From Pristiophorus japonicus (lineage: Eukaryota), in the NCBI RefSeq assembly GCF_044704955.1, contig NC_091999.1, positions 28,830,001-28,894,000 of the forward strand: a stretch of 64,000 nt of DNA, written 5' to 3'. Within the stretch, counting starts at the first letter, position 1; each line of letters starts with the position of its first letter. Position numbers and translations under genes: made by a program. Below the pieces are notes generated by a model. That model had not been told where the DNA came from. It saw only the letters and a program-made list of their open reading frames with translations, and did not search any database. Positions 36,780 through 50,590 of the stretch are shown one piece after another.

Positions 36780-37745
36780 CCTCACACAGAACACATTTAC
36801 ACAGAGCGGAGGAGAATACATGTGAAAGTGAGTTTGTGTGTGTTCACATGTAAGTGTTTTGATGATTTTGTATATGTTTGTGTTTTTGTGTAAGTGCACA
36901 ATTACACATGAACGCACAAAGACTTACATATGAAGACATACTAACAACCTGAAACATAATATTATACATAACTAGAATCTAATGAAAACCACCATTGTCA
37001 AATCCAGTTATTGGTACTCTCTGAAACTTTGAACAAAACAATAATACACGTCAATCGAAACGTACACTAACACAACGGAATCTTTTACGCACTTACACAA
37101 GCATAGACACACATATCAATCCAGACACACACTTACAAAAAACACACTTACACACATTTACAAACATATCAACACATACATCAATCTACACACACATTTA
37201 CACAAAGCACACACACACTTACACACACATAAACACACACATTATTCCACGCACACACACTTACACAAAACACATTTATACACACTTACACACACATAAA
37301 CACACACATCTACCCACACACACACTTGCAAAAACACACTTACACACACATCAATCCACACACACACTTACACAAAACACAGAAACAGACTTACACACAG
37401 GTAAATACACACGTCAATCCACACACAGACTTGCACAAAACACACACACACTCGTAAACAAATGCATCAAATCAAATACAGATTTACACAAAACACACAC
37501 ACACAAACACTCACCAAACATGAACAACATTGAGACATAACCATACACTTATTGGAAAACACATACCTCAACACACTTACACAAGCATGGACATGCCTAT
37601 AAATCCAAACACAAACTAACACAAAACACACACACACACACACTTACATGTGAACACAATGTTACACGAAAACTCACACACACTTACACCTCAACATAAA
37701 CAAACATTTCGACATAACCACACATATACATTTACAAACATGAAC
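36780..37745. repeat. CA-rich low-complexity degenerate tandem repeat
   Basis: ACACACTTACAC-type units. Confidence 0.85.
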
Positions 37746-37789
37746 AAAGCAAAATTTTAAAATTGAGTCATTATTATTTTATCCATTTT

Positions 37790-39160
37790 TGTAACTGCTG
37801 ATAAAGCTTCATTTAGAAATAGAAAGATCAAGGCCAAAATTATTAATCAATAACATAAAGGTATACATTGCGTACCAGTTCTAGTCATATTTTTGTAAAG
37901 CCAAGCTCAGTAATGAATTCTGTGTGACCATGGTCTGTATAATTGTTCTCAGAGAACTGATTCCTGCCACAGAGAGGGAGGGAGATAGAGATAACATGGA
38001 AAGTCAAAGGCAGTAGATAATATGATCTACTGTAAGGCTACAACAGCTGTAAATTTTCACAGCTTTTGAATGGGAGAAAAATGGTATAAAGTAACAGCTC
38101 TTCTACTCAGAAGGCAGTGCGAATCAAGCGAACAGGAGATAAGGAGTCGGCACCACGGTCAGCTCGAGAGGACGCTATCGAGAATTAGGCTGAGACTATA
38201 ATTTGTTAAGTATTACTTTTGTAACAGAATGTAATTTACTTGATAAAACACTGTTTTTACTCACTATACCTGTATTAAAAGTATTTGGTATGATGTGAAC
38301 AAGAGTCTCCCAGTTTGAATTAAGTATATACCCTGGAAATAGCTGAATTGCTATAGTTAGCAAAGCGGCAAAAAGCTGCTCATTGGTTAAAAACTACATC
38401 TGGCGACCACGAAGGAACAAAACAAAGAGATATTGAACAAAATGCAATATACTCAATAATCAAGTTAATTGGGAACTCTTTTAATTTTTTCTGTCTATTT
38501 GAAAACAAGTTCTTGTGTGTCACCAGCAGATGCAAGGCAGATCAAATCTTGTGTAAGGTTGATTTACGTCAACTGCTAGTGACTGTTATCTTCATTAAGG
38601 AAGCTTACTTAAAAATATTTAATTTTCAGATGCCGGAGGAGTGTCTCTTGGAAGAGTATCAGAAAAAGTTAGAAAAAATATGTGACAAAACGCAAGTGCA
38701 GACACTGTTGCTAGATTGCCTAGGGAAGAATCCGAATGTATCCCTTAAGGATACGGTCACTTTTATTGATGAACAGATTAAAGCTAAGAAATGGAAGCTG
38801 GGTAAGGCGATGAGTCTAGTCACCTGTGCAGCTTCGTACTTCGCAGGACGTCAATCAAAGGTCAAGAAAGAATTAGGGGATAAAATATCAGAACTGGAAA
38901 AAAGAATTCGGCTAAGAATGAAGAATTGCAGAAAATAGATTCAGACATTAAACAGAAAATTGTGAATTTGCAGAGTCAATTTGCCTCAGCTACTGCAGTA
39001 ATGCAACAGCAGAGTATCAATGCAATTCACGTAGGGGCTGCAATGTAAACAATTAGGAAATCTTGAGATTTAAAAAGAAGATCTAAGCAGAGAGAATAAA
39101 CGTCTCACCAAACAATTAGAGGACTCATGGGGAACAATGATGGAGGCTTTGCATCGACCC
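37790..39160 (+). mobile_element. Truncated LTR element/ERV: LTR, tRNA-Arg-type PBS and 5' gag-like sequence
   Basis: LTR-like segment ends CTACA at 38398 (TATAAA about 38085, ATTAAA about 38275); PBS TGGCGACCACGAAGGAAC at 38401; coiled-coil-like ORF MPEECLLEEYQKKLE...KISELEKRI. Left boundary approximate. Confidence 0.6.
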
Positions 39161-39162
39161 CT

Positions 39163-39760
39163 TCAAGGGATAAATTATAAGGTTGCAAATAGGAGCTCAG
39201 AATTATGATGAAGGTCTTGAACTTATAATTGCTACGTAGGTAACACTTGCTTATGTAGGTACAGCGCAAATGTATAACGCATTGAACTGAATCCGTAATC
39301 TCTGTAATACTTAAACAGCCGGTCAGCAGTTTTTTTACGTCCATGAGGAAGAGATAAATAAGCAAGTACAGCCACTCTAACCGTCGGATAGACTGGGGTA
39401 GAGGGAAAAATGGAACAAAACAATGATGAGAGATGGACTGTTGCATTTACCACTCAGAGACCGTCGGATAAGAGTCGACAAATCAATGTAACTCCGCTGA
39501 TATCAATAGACCTATCGATGATTTTGCAGGAGGACAGCTCCTCTCCAAAACCTGTATAAGTTATGCTTGAAAACTCTTGTATTTCGGAGGTTCCACGACT
39601 GAACCTTCCCTTGTAATTGCTCGTAATAAAAGCGAGTTGATCCTGGGATTTCGTGTGTTCACTTCCGTGGTCGTTATACAGTGGGAGAAAGGTGAGGTGT
39701 CGATGAACTATATCAGTTAGTCCACGTGGAAGAAGAGAAGCCTCCTTTTTAAACCCAACA
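39163..39760 (+). repeat. ERV 5' LTR
   Basis: Direct repeat of 46856-47454; TATAA at about 39555, AATAAA at about 39626; followed by the PBS. Confidence 0.9.
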
Positions 39761-41099
39761 TTTGGCGTCATGAACCGGATGCAGACCTTCCGACCTGGAT
39801 CACGTGACTGCTAAATGGTAGTGAGCATGTTTTTTACCACATGCAGCTGTAGCATTTACGGGGAAGGAACTAATTTGTATGAAGAATTTGAAGGGGTCAG
39901 CTGTCGGACAACTTATAACAAACCACAGATGGTTGAAAACCAAGGGTGGGATAGGTGTATGCCTGAGAAAGAAGGAATGCAACCGCATGGGGAGTGGACC
40001 CCAGCGATCGTTATGGGAAATATAAGGTGTATGTCCTGAAGCATGACGTGGTAATCACACAGTGAAGCTGGTATTGATCGTGTGCGGTGCAAACAAGAAG
40101 GAATACAACCTAAACCGTGGGGTGGGACCCCAGGATCCTAGGAAAACTGGCCAGTGGGATAAAATGCGAGCTGAGATAAATGGAAAATTAATAAAAGAAA
40201 AGAAAAATGTTGGATATCAAATTGAATTTACAAAGGACAGTCTGTTTTTATCAAAAGATAGAAATTTGACCTTGAAAGCTGCAGAGAAACAAAGATGTTG
40301 AGCAAAATGGACTGGAGGAAGATCATCAAAATACAAAACCTAATTTGAAGAAACGAGATTTAAATTGGCTGTGAAAAGGATATTGGTTGAAATATAAAAA
40401 CTTATGAGTTAAACGCGACAACACTTTGTGCCGAGGAAGAGAAACAAAGATGTTTAACTATGGACTGAAGTAAGGTCATCAAAAAATTATTAAGTTCAGA
40501 TTCAAAAGGGGGAAACGATCTAAGCTATGTGAACTCAGCACAGAAAGAAAAAACTGGGAATTACAGGATTCTTAAAAAGATGGACTGGCACCGAAGTTTA
40601 GATTTTGTGCCGAGAGAAAATAAAACACAAGATTTGCTCAGTGAACGGGACCATAAAAAAACAAAATGCTGGAATGTATATAGCTTGCGTGGAAATTGGA
40701 TTTCTGTAAACAAAATAGCTATTAAAATGTGTGGTCTCGCTTTAAATCAATGAAAAACTCGTTGGCACGTATTTGAATTGGGTGTGTAGAGAAATTGGAG
40801 TTTAATCTAAAATGCTGCCTTTCCCGCTGAGAAAGTTTTATTTTGACAACTTTACCAATAATTTCTGCTATTTTAACGGATTCCTAATTTCTTATCAAGC
40901 TTTGAAAGCACAAAGACTTGGGGTAATATTTTCAGATGGATACCCGAAGTCACGTAATGACGCCAGACCTTCTTACAAACCTGTAGTGGAGTTAACCCTT
41001 TCCATTGAAAGATATTTTATACTGGACATTATTAGTTTGGATTTCTTAATAAAAGAAAAAAGACTCACCTGACAGACAGAAGAAATGTGGGGATATTCA

Positions 41100-42200
41100 G
41101 AATGAAAACAAAACGAAGAAAGCCTATGTAATAATACTCACCTGCTACAGAGGACACATAGATACTTAAACACATCAAATTCAAGAGTTAGAAGCTAAGA
41201 TAAATAAGCTGGCAGAGAAAAAGACAGGACCAGATAGATAGTGCAGAGCACAGCCACAGCACCATCACCTACGGTAATAGAGATAATGTACCCCAAGTTG
41301 GGTAAGTGCAGTCCACAACCCCAACCTAACAGTCAATCAGACAGGGATAATGAGTTTGGAGTAGAGGTGGCCCCGGCACATGATAATGGCTATTTATCAG
41401 TGGCACTGATACGCACGACCACCATTCGCTCCAGCGGATGTAGAGCAGCCCACATTGCCATATAGGAGGTGCCCCTCAGCCCACAGGAGACAAATTCTAT
41501 TGAATAAGTTACCACCCGCTAAAGCAAAATAGTAGAGATACAGAACTCTGACAAAAGACTGGAGTAGAATACTGTGACTCAAAAGGCAGGGAAAAGGTTT
41601 GGGGAGTACGGGGAACGAAAGTGGATTGAATACAAAAACCACTCTGGGGCTGATGACCGCAACAGAAATGATGCAGCATTCTTGAAAATGTTTAAGGATG
41701 GACTAGGAAAGGCACATCAAAAGATAATTAAGTGAGTATTTAAGACAGGAGATGATTATGATAAAACTTTGGAATGGGCAGAACATGTAGAGTGGTTAAA
41801 GTTAGAACAAGGGATAAATGAGCAAAAATAGCAGCAACAGCGTTAGCAGCAGAGACGAAGGAGGAAGAGACAGACTCCCGCGCAGCTCCACTGATATGTT
41901 TAAACTGCAATCAGGAAGGTAACTTCAGTAGGGATTGCCTGCAGAAAAGCAGACGTTACAGCAATTCTAAAGGGACATGTCAAAATTGTGGTAAACTTGG
42001 ACATTTGGCCAAAGATTGCTGGAGTTATGAGGAAGGCGCTGGATGGCGAGACCACAACAGGCAAAGAAGGGAATACCATTAACCAGGGAAGATCTGATGG
42101 ACATGCTCAGACAGGTACCAGCACCACTGGTACCACTGCCACCACAGCCCCAACCCGAGAACACCCAATAACCAACTTAGATTTGCCCCTGACCCATAGG
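41100..42200 (+). pseudogene. gag: ERV gag remnant with two zinc knuckles
   Basis: CLNCNQEGNFSRDC (about 41897, His lost) and CQNCGKLGHLAKDCW (about 41978). Confidence 0.8.
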
Positions 42201-42239
42201 ACCATCAACATACAAGGAGAGAGTGGGGGATATCAGAAA

Positions 42240-44740
42240 GCGACCCGAAGTGAGATGGTGTTGTCGAAGTACAGGGGTAATGCTACCTGCTCAGTTTTGG
42301 TGCTGTCAGAATACAGAAGACAACATAAAGAAGGCATACAGAAGGCAGCGATACATTAAGGGAGATAGGGGTACTGATAGCTCTTCAGCGTAATCGGATA
42401 ATTTTGGGAGATAAGCACGAAACCGAATTAAGTTCGAAAACCCGGGACACCAGCAGCAACGAGTGGTAGGAACAACCATAATCCAACCCGAGTGGGAAAC
42501 AAAGCGTGTATGGGCTAGCGTGTGCCAATTATACCCGACTCTGTGGGCACAATGCAAACAAGATTATGGATTAGCAGAGATATCACCCATCAAAATTCCT
42601 GGACCCGAACACAAAGCTCACCGACAGTTCCAATTAACACCAGAAGCTGAGGAAGCGGGCTGTTAGATAGTGCATGAATTAGAGGAGCAAAGTATATTGA
42701 AACATGTAATAGCCTCCATTAATTCACCTGTGTGGCTGATGAGGAAACCCGACAGGTCTTACCGATTGACTATCGATTACACCACCTTGAATAAGGTGAC
42801 TTCCGGAGAACACCCAATATTGGCAAGTCCAGCCACAATTTTTAATGGCCTGGATCCAGATCATAAGATATTCACCATGCTGGATATAGTGAATGGAACT
42901 TGGACTATTCCCTTAGCCAAAGAGTCTCAAGGAAAATTTGTCTTCAAGGTAAATGGATAACAAAACACATGGGCGAAGGTACCACTGGGATTCAATAACA
43001 GCTGGAGCATCTTTCATCGAATATTGTCAGGAGAAAGAAGGAGCGAAGTAACATATCTGGGATACATAATATCGTAAGGGAAGAGACAGATGCCCGAGGA
43101 CAGTAAGGAACAATTCAATCAATCCCCAGATCAGGAACCGTGAAAGGGGTCAGGCAGGTACTCGGGCTATTCAACTACTGCAGAAATGTTATTCCCGAAT
43201 ATGCCAAGATGACCTAACCTATTCAGAAACAGGTCAAAGGATGGGAACCCTCCTAAGAGCCAGTAAACTGGGGTCCAGATCAAGAAACTGCATGTGTGCG
43301 GTTAAAACAAACTCTCACAAGTGCTCCAGCCCTGGGACTACCAGACCAGAATAGGCCCTTTCACGTCTATACCTACCATATTAACCATCATTATAACGCG
43401 GTGGTGATTCAATTACATGGAGACAGGCATAGACCAGTGGCATATTACTCAGATAAACCGCAACCTATAGCTGCAGGACTGTCCAGGTGCGTTGCTGCCC
43501 ACGACTGTGCGGCTTGGGCCATCAGATTTAACGAACCAATAATAATGTCAGGGTGCATTATTCTACAAACCCAGCGTACCTCAGTAGAATTACTTAAAAC
43601 TGGAAGGCTAAAAATGTATTCGATGCACAAATGGCGAGGTGGTAAATAATGTTCTCCCCTCTCCTCTCCCGCCACCCCCCACCCCCCGCCCCGCCCCACT
43701 CAACGGGACGGTAACAATAATAAAAGACGCCTGCAGGGTGGATCATTACAAAGGGAGAGGAGCATCATTGTAGCACAACAGAAGATGAGGGAAGTAGTCA
43801 GGCAAGTGAAACCCTGCTTGAGGAGGCAGACATGGATCGAAATGTAGAAGAGTTTCGGCGCTATATCAATGGGACACCACAGACTGGATGGGTCGTGGTA
43901 GATAGCAGCGGTCAGGTCAAAGGGGAAGGACGGTTAGTAGAGAATCTATCAGCTCAAGTGGTTGAACTAGTGGTTCTCACTGAGGCTCTGAGGCTTGCGA
44001 GGGGAAAATGAGTAAATATCTATACAGACAGTCGATATGCTTTCGGAGTAGAGCATGATTATATGATAGCCTGGAGCAGACGGTGATACACGACCTCAGG
44101 AGGAGGACCGATTAAACATGAAGAGATTGGGAAACATCTAGTGGAAGCCTCCTTCCTACCCCAGGAGTGTGCGATAATAAAGATCAAAGCACACGTAAAA
44201 AATAATGATCAGTATGAACAGGGGAATGCATGGACAGATGAAGCAGCCAAGCGAGTGGCAGGTACACTGGCCGGGGAAGCCCAAGGCGGAGCATGTACAA
44301 TTGGGCCTGAGGAAGTAAATATGCTTGAGGTACAGGGAGAGGCCACTCCGCAGGAACAGGAGGAGTGGAAGCAGAGAGGGCCAAACAAGGGACCGACGGG
44401 ATATGGAGAAAAGATGGGAATGTGGTGGCCCCGGAATGCATCCACGGGAGCCTATTAAATTTATACCACGGGTATGTGCATACAGGTAGAACCAACATGA
44501 TAAACTTGATGTCCAGATGCTGGTGATGGATTTAGAGAACGACACTAAGAAACAGAAGTTCCAAACACCCCAAATAGGCAGTCAAGAGATTACCCCAGAG
44601 AGGTTCGGGATCGCATCCAAATGGATCGGCCTCTATCACGTAATCATGGTAAGTTATGGTACTTATAAGGAGTATCGGCAAGTGGAAACACTGGATCCAG
44701 TTAAAAAAGCATGGTCACTAACTAACCAGTGACGACTGGA
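42240..44740 (+). pseudogene. pol: ERV pro-pol remnant
   Basis: ATCSVL (protease), NSPVWLMRKPDRSYRLTIDY, LDIVNG, LTSAPALGLPD, RPVAYYS, NIYTDSRYAFG, KIKAH..GNAWTDEAAK, YHGYVHTG, KWIGLYHVI. Confidence 0.9.
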
Positions 44741-44759
44741 AAATATTGCTTTTTGCAGG

Positions 44760-46650
44760 ACTCAAGAGCTCGTGGAAATAACGTGGAGTAACGCAGCCTC
44801 ATATCAGGGACAACAGACTGAGGGATGGCAAGGCCTGTATTACAGGGACTTGGGCGACATTAGTTTAATAAAACATCAAAAACACTGATGGTGACGGACG
44901 GAACAACAGTAGAGTTAAATAACGGGCATAAAACAACGTAACAAGGAAACGAAACAACATTGGGGATGTGTCAATAATACGGGACCATAATTAGTGGGAA
45001 TAAGACCGCGGTGTGTTTTATAATCAGGAGGGTCAAACATACTGCACCCGGGGAAGGGGGTGCAGATTTCACTAAAATCTATGAATGGTGGTGGAGGGAT
45101 ATCTCCAGAGATAGACCCACCAACACGGCCCCATCCACTAGTTTAGCAACAGTGAGCATTACCAGGACCTCGACCATCACACCCCTAGCGCCACAAACCT
45201 GTCCAACTGTGAACACTGGGGCAAAAGAGAAATTGCTATGGCAGACCAAGGATAAGATACACTTCAGGGTACGTCAGCGAATAATTACTGTATTCGTAAA
45301 TTTAAACAATATAACTAACACCAACACCTGCAGGTTAAACAGTATAAGCCTGTATAGAAACCTGACCCTGCGAGCACTTAAAGGCCCTCAATCAAAAGCC
45401 ATGAAATTTATTGTCGAAAGAGGGTCAGGTAAAAAACGGGACAGGGGAAAAAGAGGGATGCTAGAAATGGTACACGGTGGGATACAATGCGGGAGTTGGA
45501 ACACTATCGAGCCAGACACGATAGATGATCGAGTTAACGCCCAAACACAAACCTTACAGGGATTGCTGGAAAGGGATGAGGATCATGAAAAGTTACAGAC
45601 ACAACTCGGTAATGGCGCAGAAAGGGAATTATTAAAGTGGCCCACACATTGCGAGATCACGCCAGAACTAAAAATGAAAAGAGCAGAAACGAACTTAAGT
45701 AAAACCATACAGACAGAACTATTATGTATAGGATATGGAGTATGGTTGCTGAATGGAATACAACATAACATTGAACAGCTTCAGAATAGAAAGGTGCCGG
45801 ATTGGAAAATACTCGATATATTTACCAACTGGACCTTAGAAAAAACATGACTCATGCCTGCGAGGTGCAGAGAAACAGTCATGCTTGGGTTTCAAAGGCC
45901 TGCTGTGTAACCGCACATTAAATAGATTTTTTATTATCTATATGACAGTATGATGTGACAATCGTAGATACTCTACACCAAACAATGTAGGAGTAAAAAG
46001 TTGCTTTATTTCGAGATCTACTACGAATGTTCAAAGATGACTGTGGATATAACCAAGTGGACGGGTGCACCTTGAGCATCACCCCCACTAACACAGGACT
46101 ACAAAATTATCGCTGTTTCACGAGGATATGGAGATTCATGTGTGAGCATCACGGCAACTGAAATGAAGAAAGGAACACGTCATGCACCATTATGGATATT
46201 GACTTCTGCTTTACTCCACTTGACGAGACAGATATAAATGGGTTTATTACAACCCCTGAGCTAAAGGAGGAAAGATCGACGGGGCAATGATGGACATTAC
46301 CTAAGGAGGTTATGCGAAGGCCATCGGACAACAAGGAAAACCAATACTCCAACTGAAAGAGAAACAAACTGGACTGAATTGTACACCATTCGTCAACATA
46401 GAGGATACCCCAGGCAGGGCAGGAATTCGGTACAATAGAGAAGACCCCAAGTGGAAGAAAAATGGAAGAAAGAGAGGATACCCCAGGCGGGGCATAATTC
46501 TAACACCGAGAAAATATTGGCTAGAAAGGACTTATACACGAACTATGCTGGACTCATTGTACTGGTTGTAGTGCAAGGGAACTCACCTTGCTAGTATTAT
46601 CCTTTAAAAAGCTGCAACCGACGTAAGAGGCAGGCCCTAGTCCGTACTAT
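44760..46650 (+). pseudogene. env: ERV env remnant
   Basis: ORF 45011-45850 has a Thr-rich stretch, N-glycosylation sequons, furin-like RDRGKR/GMLE and a downstream heptad-like region; lies between pol and the 3' LTR. Confidence 0.75.
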
Positions 46651-46855
46651 GGATAAAACATTGAACAAAGGGAAATCAGACTGTCCGGCAGAAAGGACAT
46701 ACATAGTACAACCTTGATGGGCAAACCAACAGATAGGTCCAGGAGCTCGGGAAGTAGCACTACCCAGTAAAAGGTCACCCCTGGAAGCTCACCCATGTGG
46801 AATTAATTGCGAAATTGCCTATCTTGGGCATATAGCCAAGGGCCATTAGGGGGAA

Positions 46856-47454
46856 TCGTAAAGGATAAATAATAAGGTTGTAGATATGGGGTCAGAATTA
46901 TGCTGAAGGTTGTGAACTTATCAATTACCTATGTATGTAACACTTGCTTATAAAGGTATAACACGCTTATACGCAGCATATTATAGCTTAACCTTAGTAA
47001 GACTTAAGCAGCCAAAATCAGCAGTTTTCTTTACAAGTCCCTGAGAAGAGATAAAGAAGCCAGGACAACCGTACCAGACATCGGATATACTGGGGTAGAG
47101 GGCAAAATGGAACAAAACAAAGATGAGAGATGGGCTGTTGCATGTACCACTCAGAGCCCATCTGGTAAGAGTCAATAAATCAATGTAACTTCGCTAATAG
47201 CAATAGAACTATCGATGATTTTGCAGGAGGAAAGCTCCTCTCCAACACCTGTATAAATTATGCTTGAAAACCCTTCTATTTCAGAGGTTCCAAGATTGAA
47301 CCTTCCCGTGCATTGCTCGTAATAAAACCAATAAACCTGAGGTTTCGTTTGTTTACTTCCTTGGTCGTTATACAGTGGGAAGCTGGGCGAGATGTCGTTT
47401 AGCTCCATCAGTTAGTCCACGTTAAAGGAGAGAAGCCTCCTTTTTACCCCAACA
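46856..47454 (+). repeat. ERV 3' LTR
   Basis: Direct repeat of the 5' LTR, preceded by a purine-rich tract. Confidence 0.9.
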
Positions 47455-49530
47455 CCTCCCCTCCTCACCCCTCCCCTCTCCTCTCTCCTCACATCTCTCC
47501 TATGCTCGTCTCCTCTCCTCTCCCCTGCCTTCTTCCCTCCTCTACTCTATTCTCCTCTCCTATCCTCGCCCCTACCCTCTCCTGTCCCCTGCCCAGTCCT
47601 CCCCTCTAATCCCCTCCCTTCTTCACTCCAATTACCTCTCCTCTCCTCTCATCACATCTACTCTCCATTCCTCTACTCTCCCCTGCTCTGCTTTCTTCTC
47701 ACCTCTCCTCCCCTACACTCTCGTCCCCTCCCTGCTCATCTCTACCCTCCTCTCTCCGCTCGTCCCTCTTTTCCTGCCCTCTCCACAACTCTCCGCCTCT
47801 CGCCTCCCCTCTCCTCCACACTCCTCTCATCTCCTCTCTCCTCTGCTCACCTCCTTTTCCTTTCATCTTCTCTCCTCCTCTCCCCTCTCCTCCTCTATCC
47901 GCTCCACTCGGCTCATCCCTTCTCCCATCTGCTCCTCTCTCCTCTCCACTTCTCTCCTCACCTGTTTTCCCGTTCTCTCCTCTCTCCTCTCCCATCTCCC
48001 CGCCTTTCCACAATTCTCCTCCCCATTCAGCTGTTCTCCTCAACTCTCTTATGTCCTCATTTTCTCCCCTCTCGCCTACCTTCTCCATGCCTCTATTCCA
48101 TTCTCCCCTCACCCCGACCAATTTCTCCTCCCCTTTCCTCTCCTCCATTCTCCTCTCATCTCCTCTCATCTCCTCTCCTCTGCTCTCTCATCTCCAATCA
48201 TCTCCTCTCCTCCCCTATCCTCTCCTCCCCCCTGTTTTCAAGTCGCTTCTATCTCTACTCTCTTCTCCACTCCAATCATCTCTACTCCGCTCCCCTAAAT
48301 TCTCCCCTCTTCTCCTCTCCCCTCTCCCCTCCGTCTCCCCTCTTCTCCCCTTTCATTTTAACTCCTCTCCTCAACTTGTGTCCTCTGATGTTCTCCCCTC
48401 TCTTCTCCTTCCCGCTCCTCTCGTTCACTCTGTTCTCCTGTACCCTCTCCACTCCTCTCTTCTCCACTCCTCTCCTTGCCCTCCTACCCTCTCCTCCCAT
48501 CTGCTCTCCTTTCCTCTACCCTCTTTTCACCTCCTCCTCTCATTCATTGTCTTCTCTCTCCTCTCCTCTCCCCTAACTTCACCACCCCTCTTTTCCATTC
48601 ACCTCTACTCACCTCTCCACTACCCACTCTTCTTTCCTCTCCTGCCTTCTTTTCTACTCTCCTCTCTTGTCCCATGTCTCATCCTCTCCTCTCCTCTAAT
48701 CTACTACCCTCCTCTCTCCTTTTCATCTTTTCTCTCCTCTCCTCTCATCTCCTCTACTCTCCTCTCCGTTGCTCGACTCTCCACAGCTCTTCTCCCCTCC
48801 ATTCTCCTCCCCACTTCCCCTCTCTTCTCCCCTCTCCTCCCCTCCCTTCTCATCTCTTCTCGCCCCTGCTCTCCCCACTCTATTCCTCTCTTCTCCTCTG
48901 ATGGTCTCTCCTCTACTCTCCCGCCGCCCTTCCCCTCTCCTCTGCTCTACTCTGCTTCCCTCGCATCCTCTCTCCTCTCTCCACTTCACTCCATTCCTCC
49001 CTTCTACGTTCCGCTCCTCTCCTCCTCTCCCCTCTCATCTCTCTTCTCTCCCCTACCTTCTCCCCACCTCTATTCCACTCTCCTCTCCTGCCATCTCCCC
49101 TACACTCTCATCTCCATTCCGCTCCTCTCCTCTCTTCCCCTCTCCTATCTTCTCCTCTGCCCTCTTTTCTCCTCTCTTGTCCTCTCCTTACCTCTTATCA
49201 ACTTTTCTCTACTCATCTCTGCTCTGCTCTCCTCTCTACTTCCCCTCTCCTCTATCCTCTCCTCCACTAAACCCTCCTCCCCTTCCTGCTCATCTTCTCT
49301 CTTTCCTCCTCCAACCTCTCCTCTCACCTCCTATCCTCTACTCTGCTCTGCTGTCTTCTCCACTCCACTCATCTCCTCCCCTCACCTCTGCTCTCCTATT
49401 CCCCTCCTCTCCTCTCCTCCACACTCATCTCCTTTCGCCTACTCCCCTCCCGCCTCCTGTCCTCTCTCTTCTCCCCACCTCACCTCTCTGCTCCTTTCAT
49501 CGCATTTCCTCACCTCCAGTCTCTCCATTT
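47455..49530. repeat. About 2.1-kb polypyrimidine (CTCCT/CTCT)n low-complexity tract
   Basis: Plus strand is almost entirely C/T. Confidence 0.97.
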
Positions 49531-49594
49531 CATGCTCTGAGTAAAATAAACGATAGCATGGCGTGTGACTATCTGCATGGCATAGGTCGCCATG

Positions 49595-50590
49595 AATCCT
49601 TACTGACCATTGTATTAACAGCACACATGTATCCTTACTGACCATTGTATTATCTGTCCCCATGTACCCTTATTGACCAATATGTTATCTGCCCCCATAT
49701 GCCCTTACGGACCACTGTATTATCTGTCCCCATGAACCATTACTGACCAATATATTATATGCCCCATGTCCCCTTCGTGACCACTGTATTATCTGTCCCC
49801 ATGTATCCTTACTGACCTCTGTATTATCTGTCCACATGTATCCTTACTCACCATTATATTAACAGTCACCATCTACCCTTACTCACCATTTTATTATCCT
49901 TCCCAATGTACCCTTACTGACCATTGTATTATCTGTCCCCATGTATCCTAATTGACGACTGTATTATCCATCCGCATGTTCACTTAGTGACCACTGTATT
50001 ATCAGTCCCATGTATCCTTACTCGCCATTATATTAACAGTCACCATGTACCCTTACTGACCATTGTATTATCAATCCCCATGTACCCTTACTGACCACTG
50101 TATTATCAGTCCCCATGTACCCTTCCTGACCACTGTATTATCAGTCCCCATTTACCCTTACTGACCATTGTATTATCTGTCCCCATGTATCCTAATTGAC
50201 GACTGTATTATCCATCCGCATGTACACTTAGTGAGCACTGTATTATCAGTCCCATGTATCCTTACTCGCCATTATATTAACAGTCATCATGTACCCTTAC
50301 TGACCATTGTATTATTAGTCCTCATGTACCCTTACTGACCACTGTATTATCAGTCCCCATGTACCCATACTGACCATTGTATTATCAGTCCTCATGTACC
50401 CTTACTGACCACTGTATTATCAGTCCCCATGTATACTTACTGACCATTGTATTATCAGTCCTCATGTATCATTACTGACCAGTGTGTGATCAGTCGTCAT
50501 ATATCTTTACTGACCATTGTATTATCAGTGCCAATGTATCCTTACTTAGCACTGTACTGTCAGTCCCCATGTATGTTACTGACCTTTACT
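49595..50590. repeat. 35-bp minisatellite (CCTTACTGACCATTGTATTATCAGTCCCCATGTAC) with an internal 244-bp duplication
   Basis: About 28 units; a variant block at 49921 recurs at 50165. Confidence 0.95.

Larger units (their letters stand above)
39163..47454 (+). mobile_element. Endogenous retrovirus with two LTRs and decayed gag-pol-env
   Basis: LTRs about 39163-39760 and 46856-47454, both ending CCAACA; PBS TGGCGTCATGAACCGGAT at 39763; purine-rich tract ending AGGGGGAA at 46855; knuckles, RT, RNase H and env remnants. Confidence 0.93.

Noticed and set aside
47699-49663. 497-aa and 290-aa Leu/Ser/Pro-rich ORFs
   Set aside because: Artefacts of the polypyrimidine tract, which rarely encodes stops.
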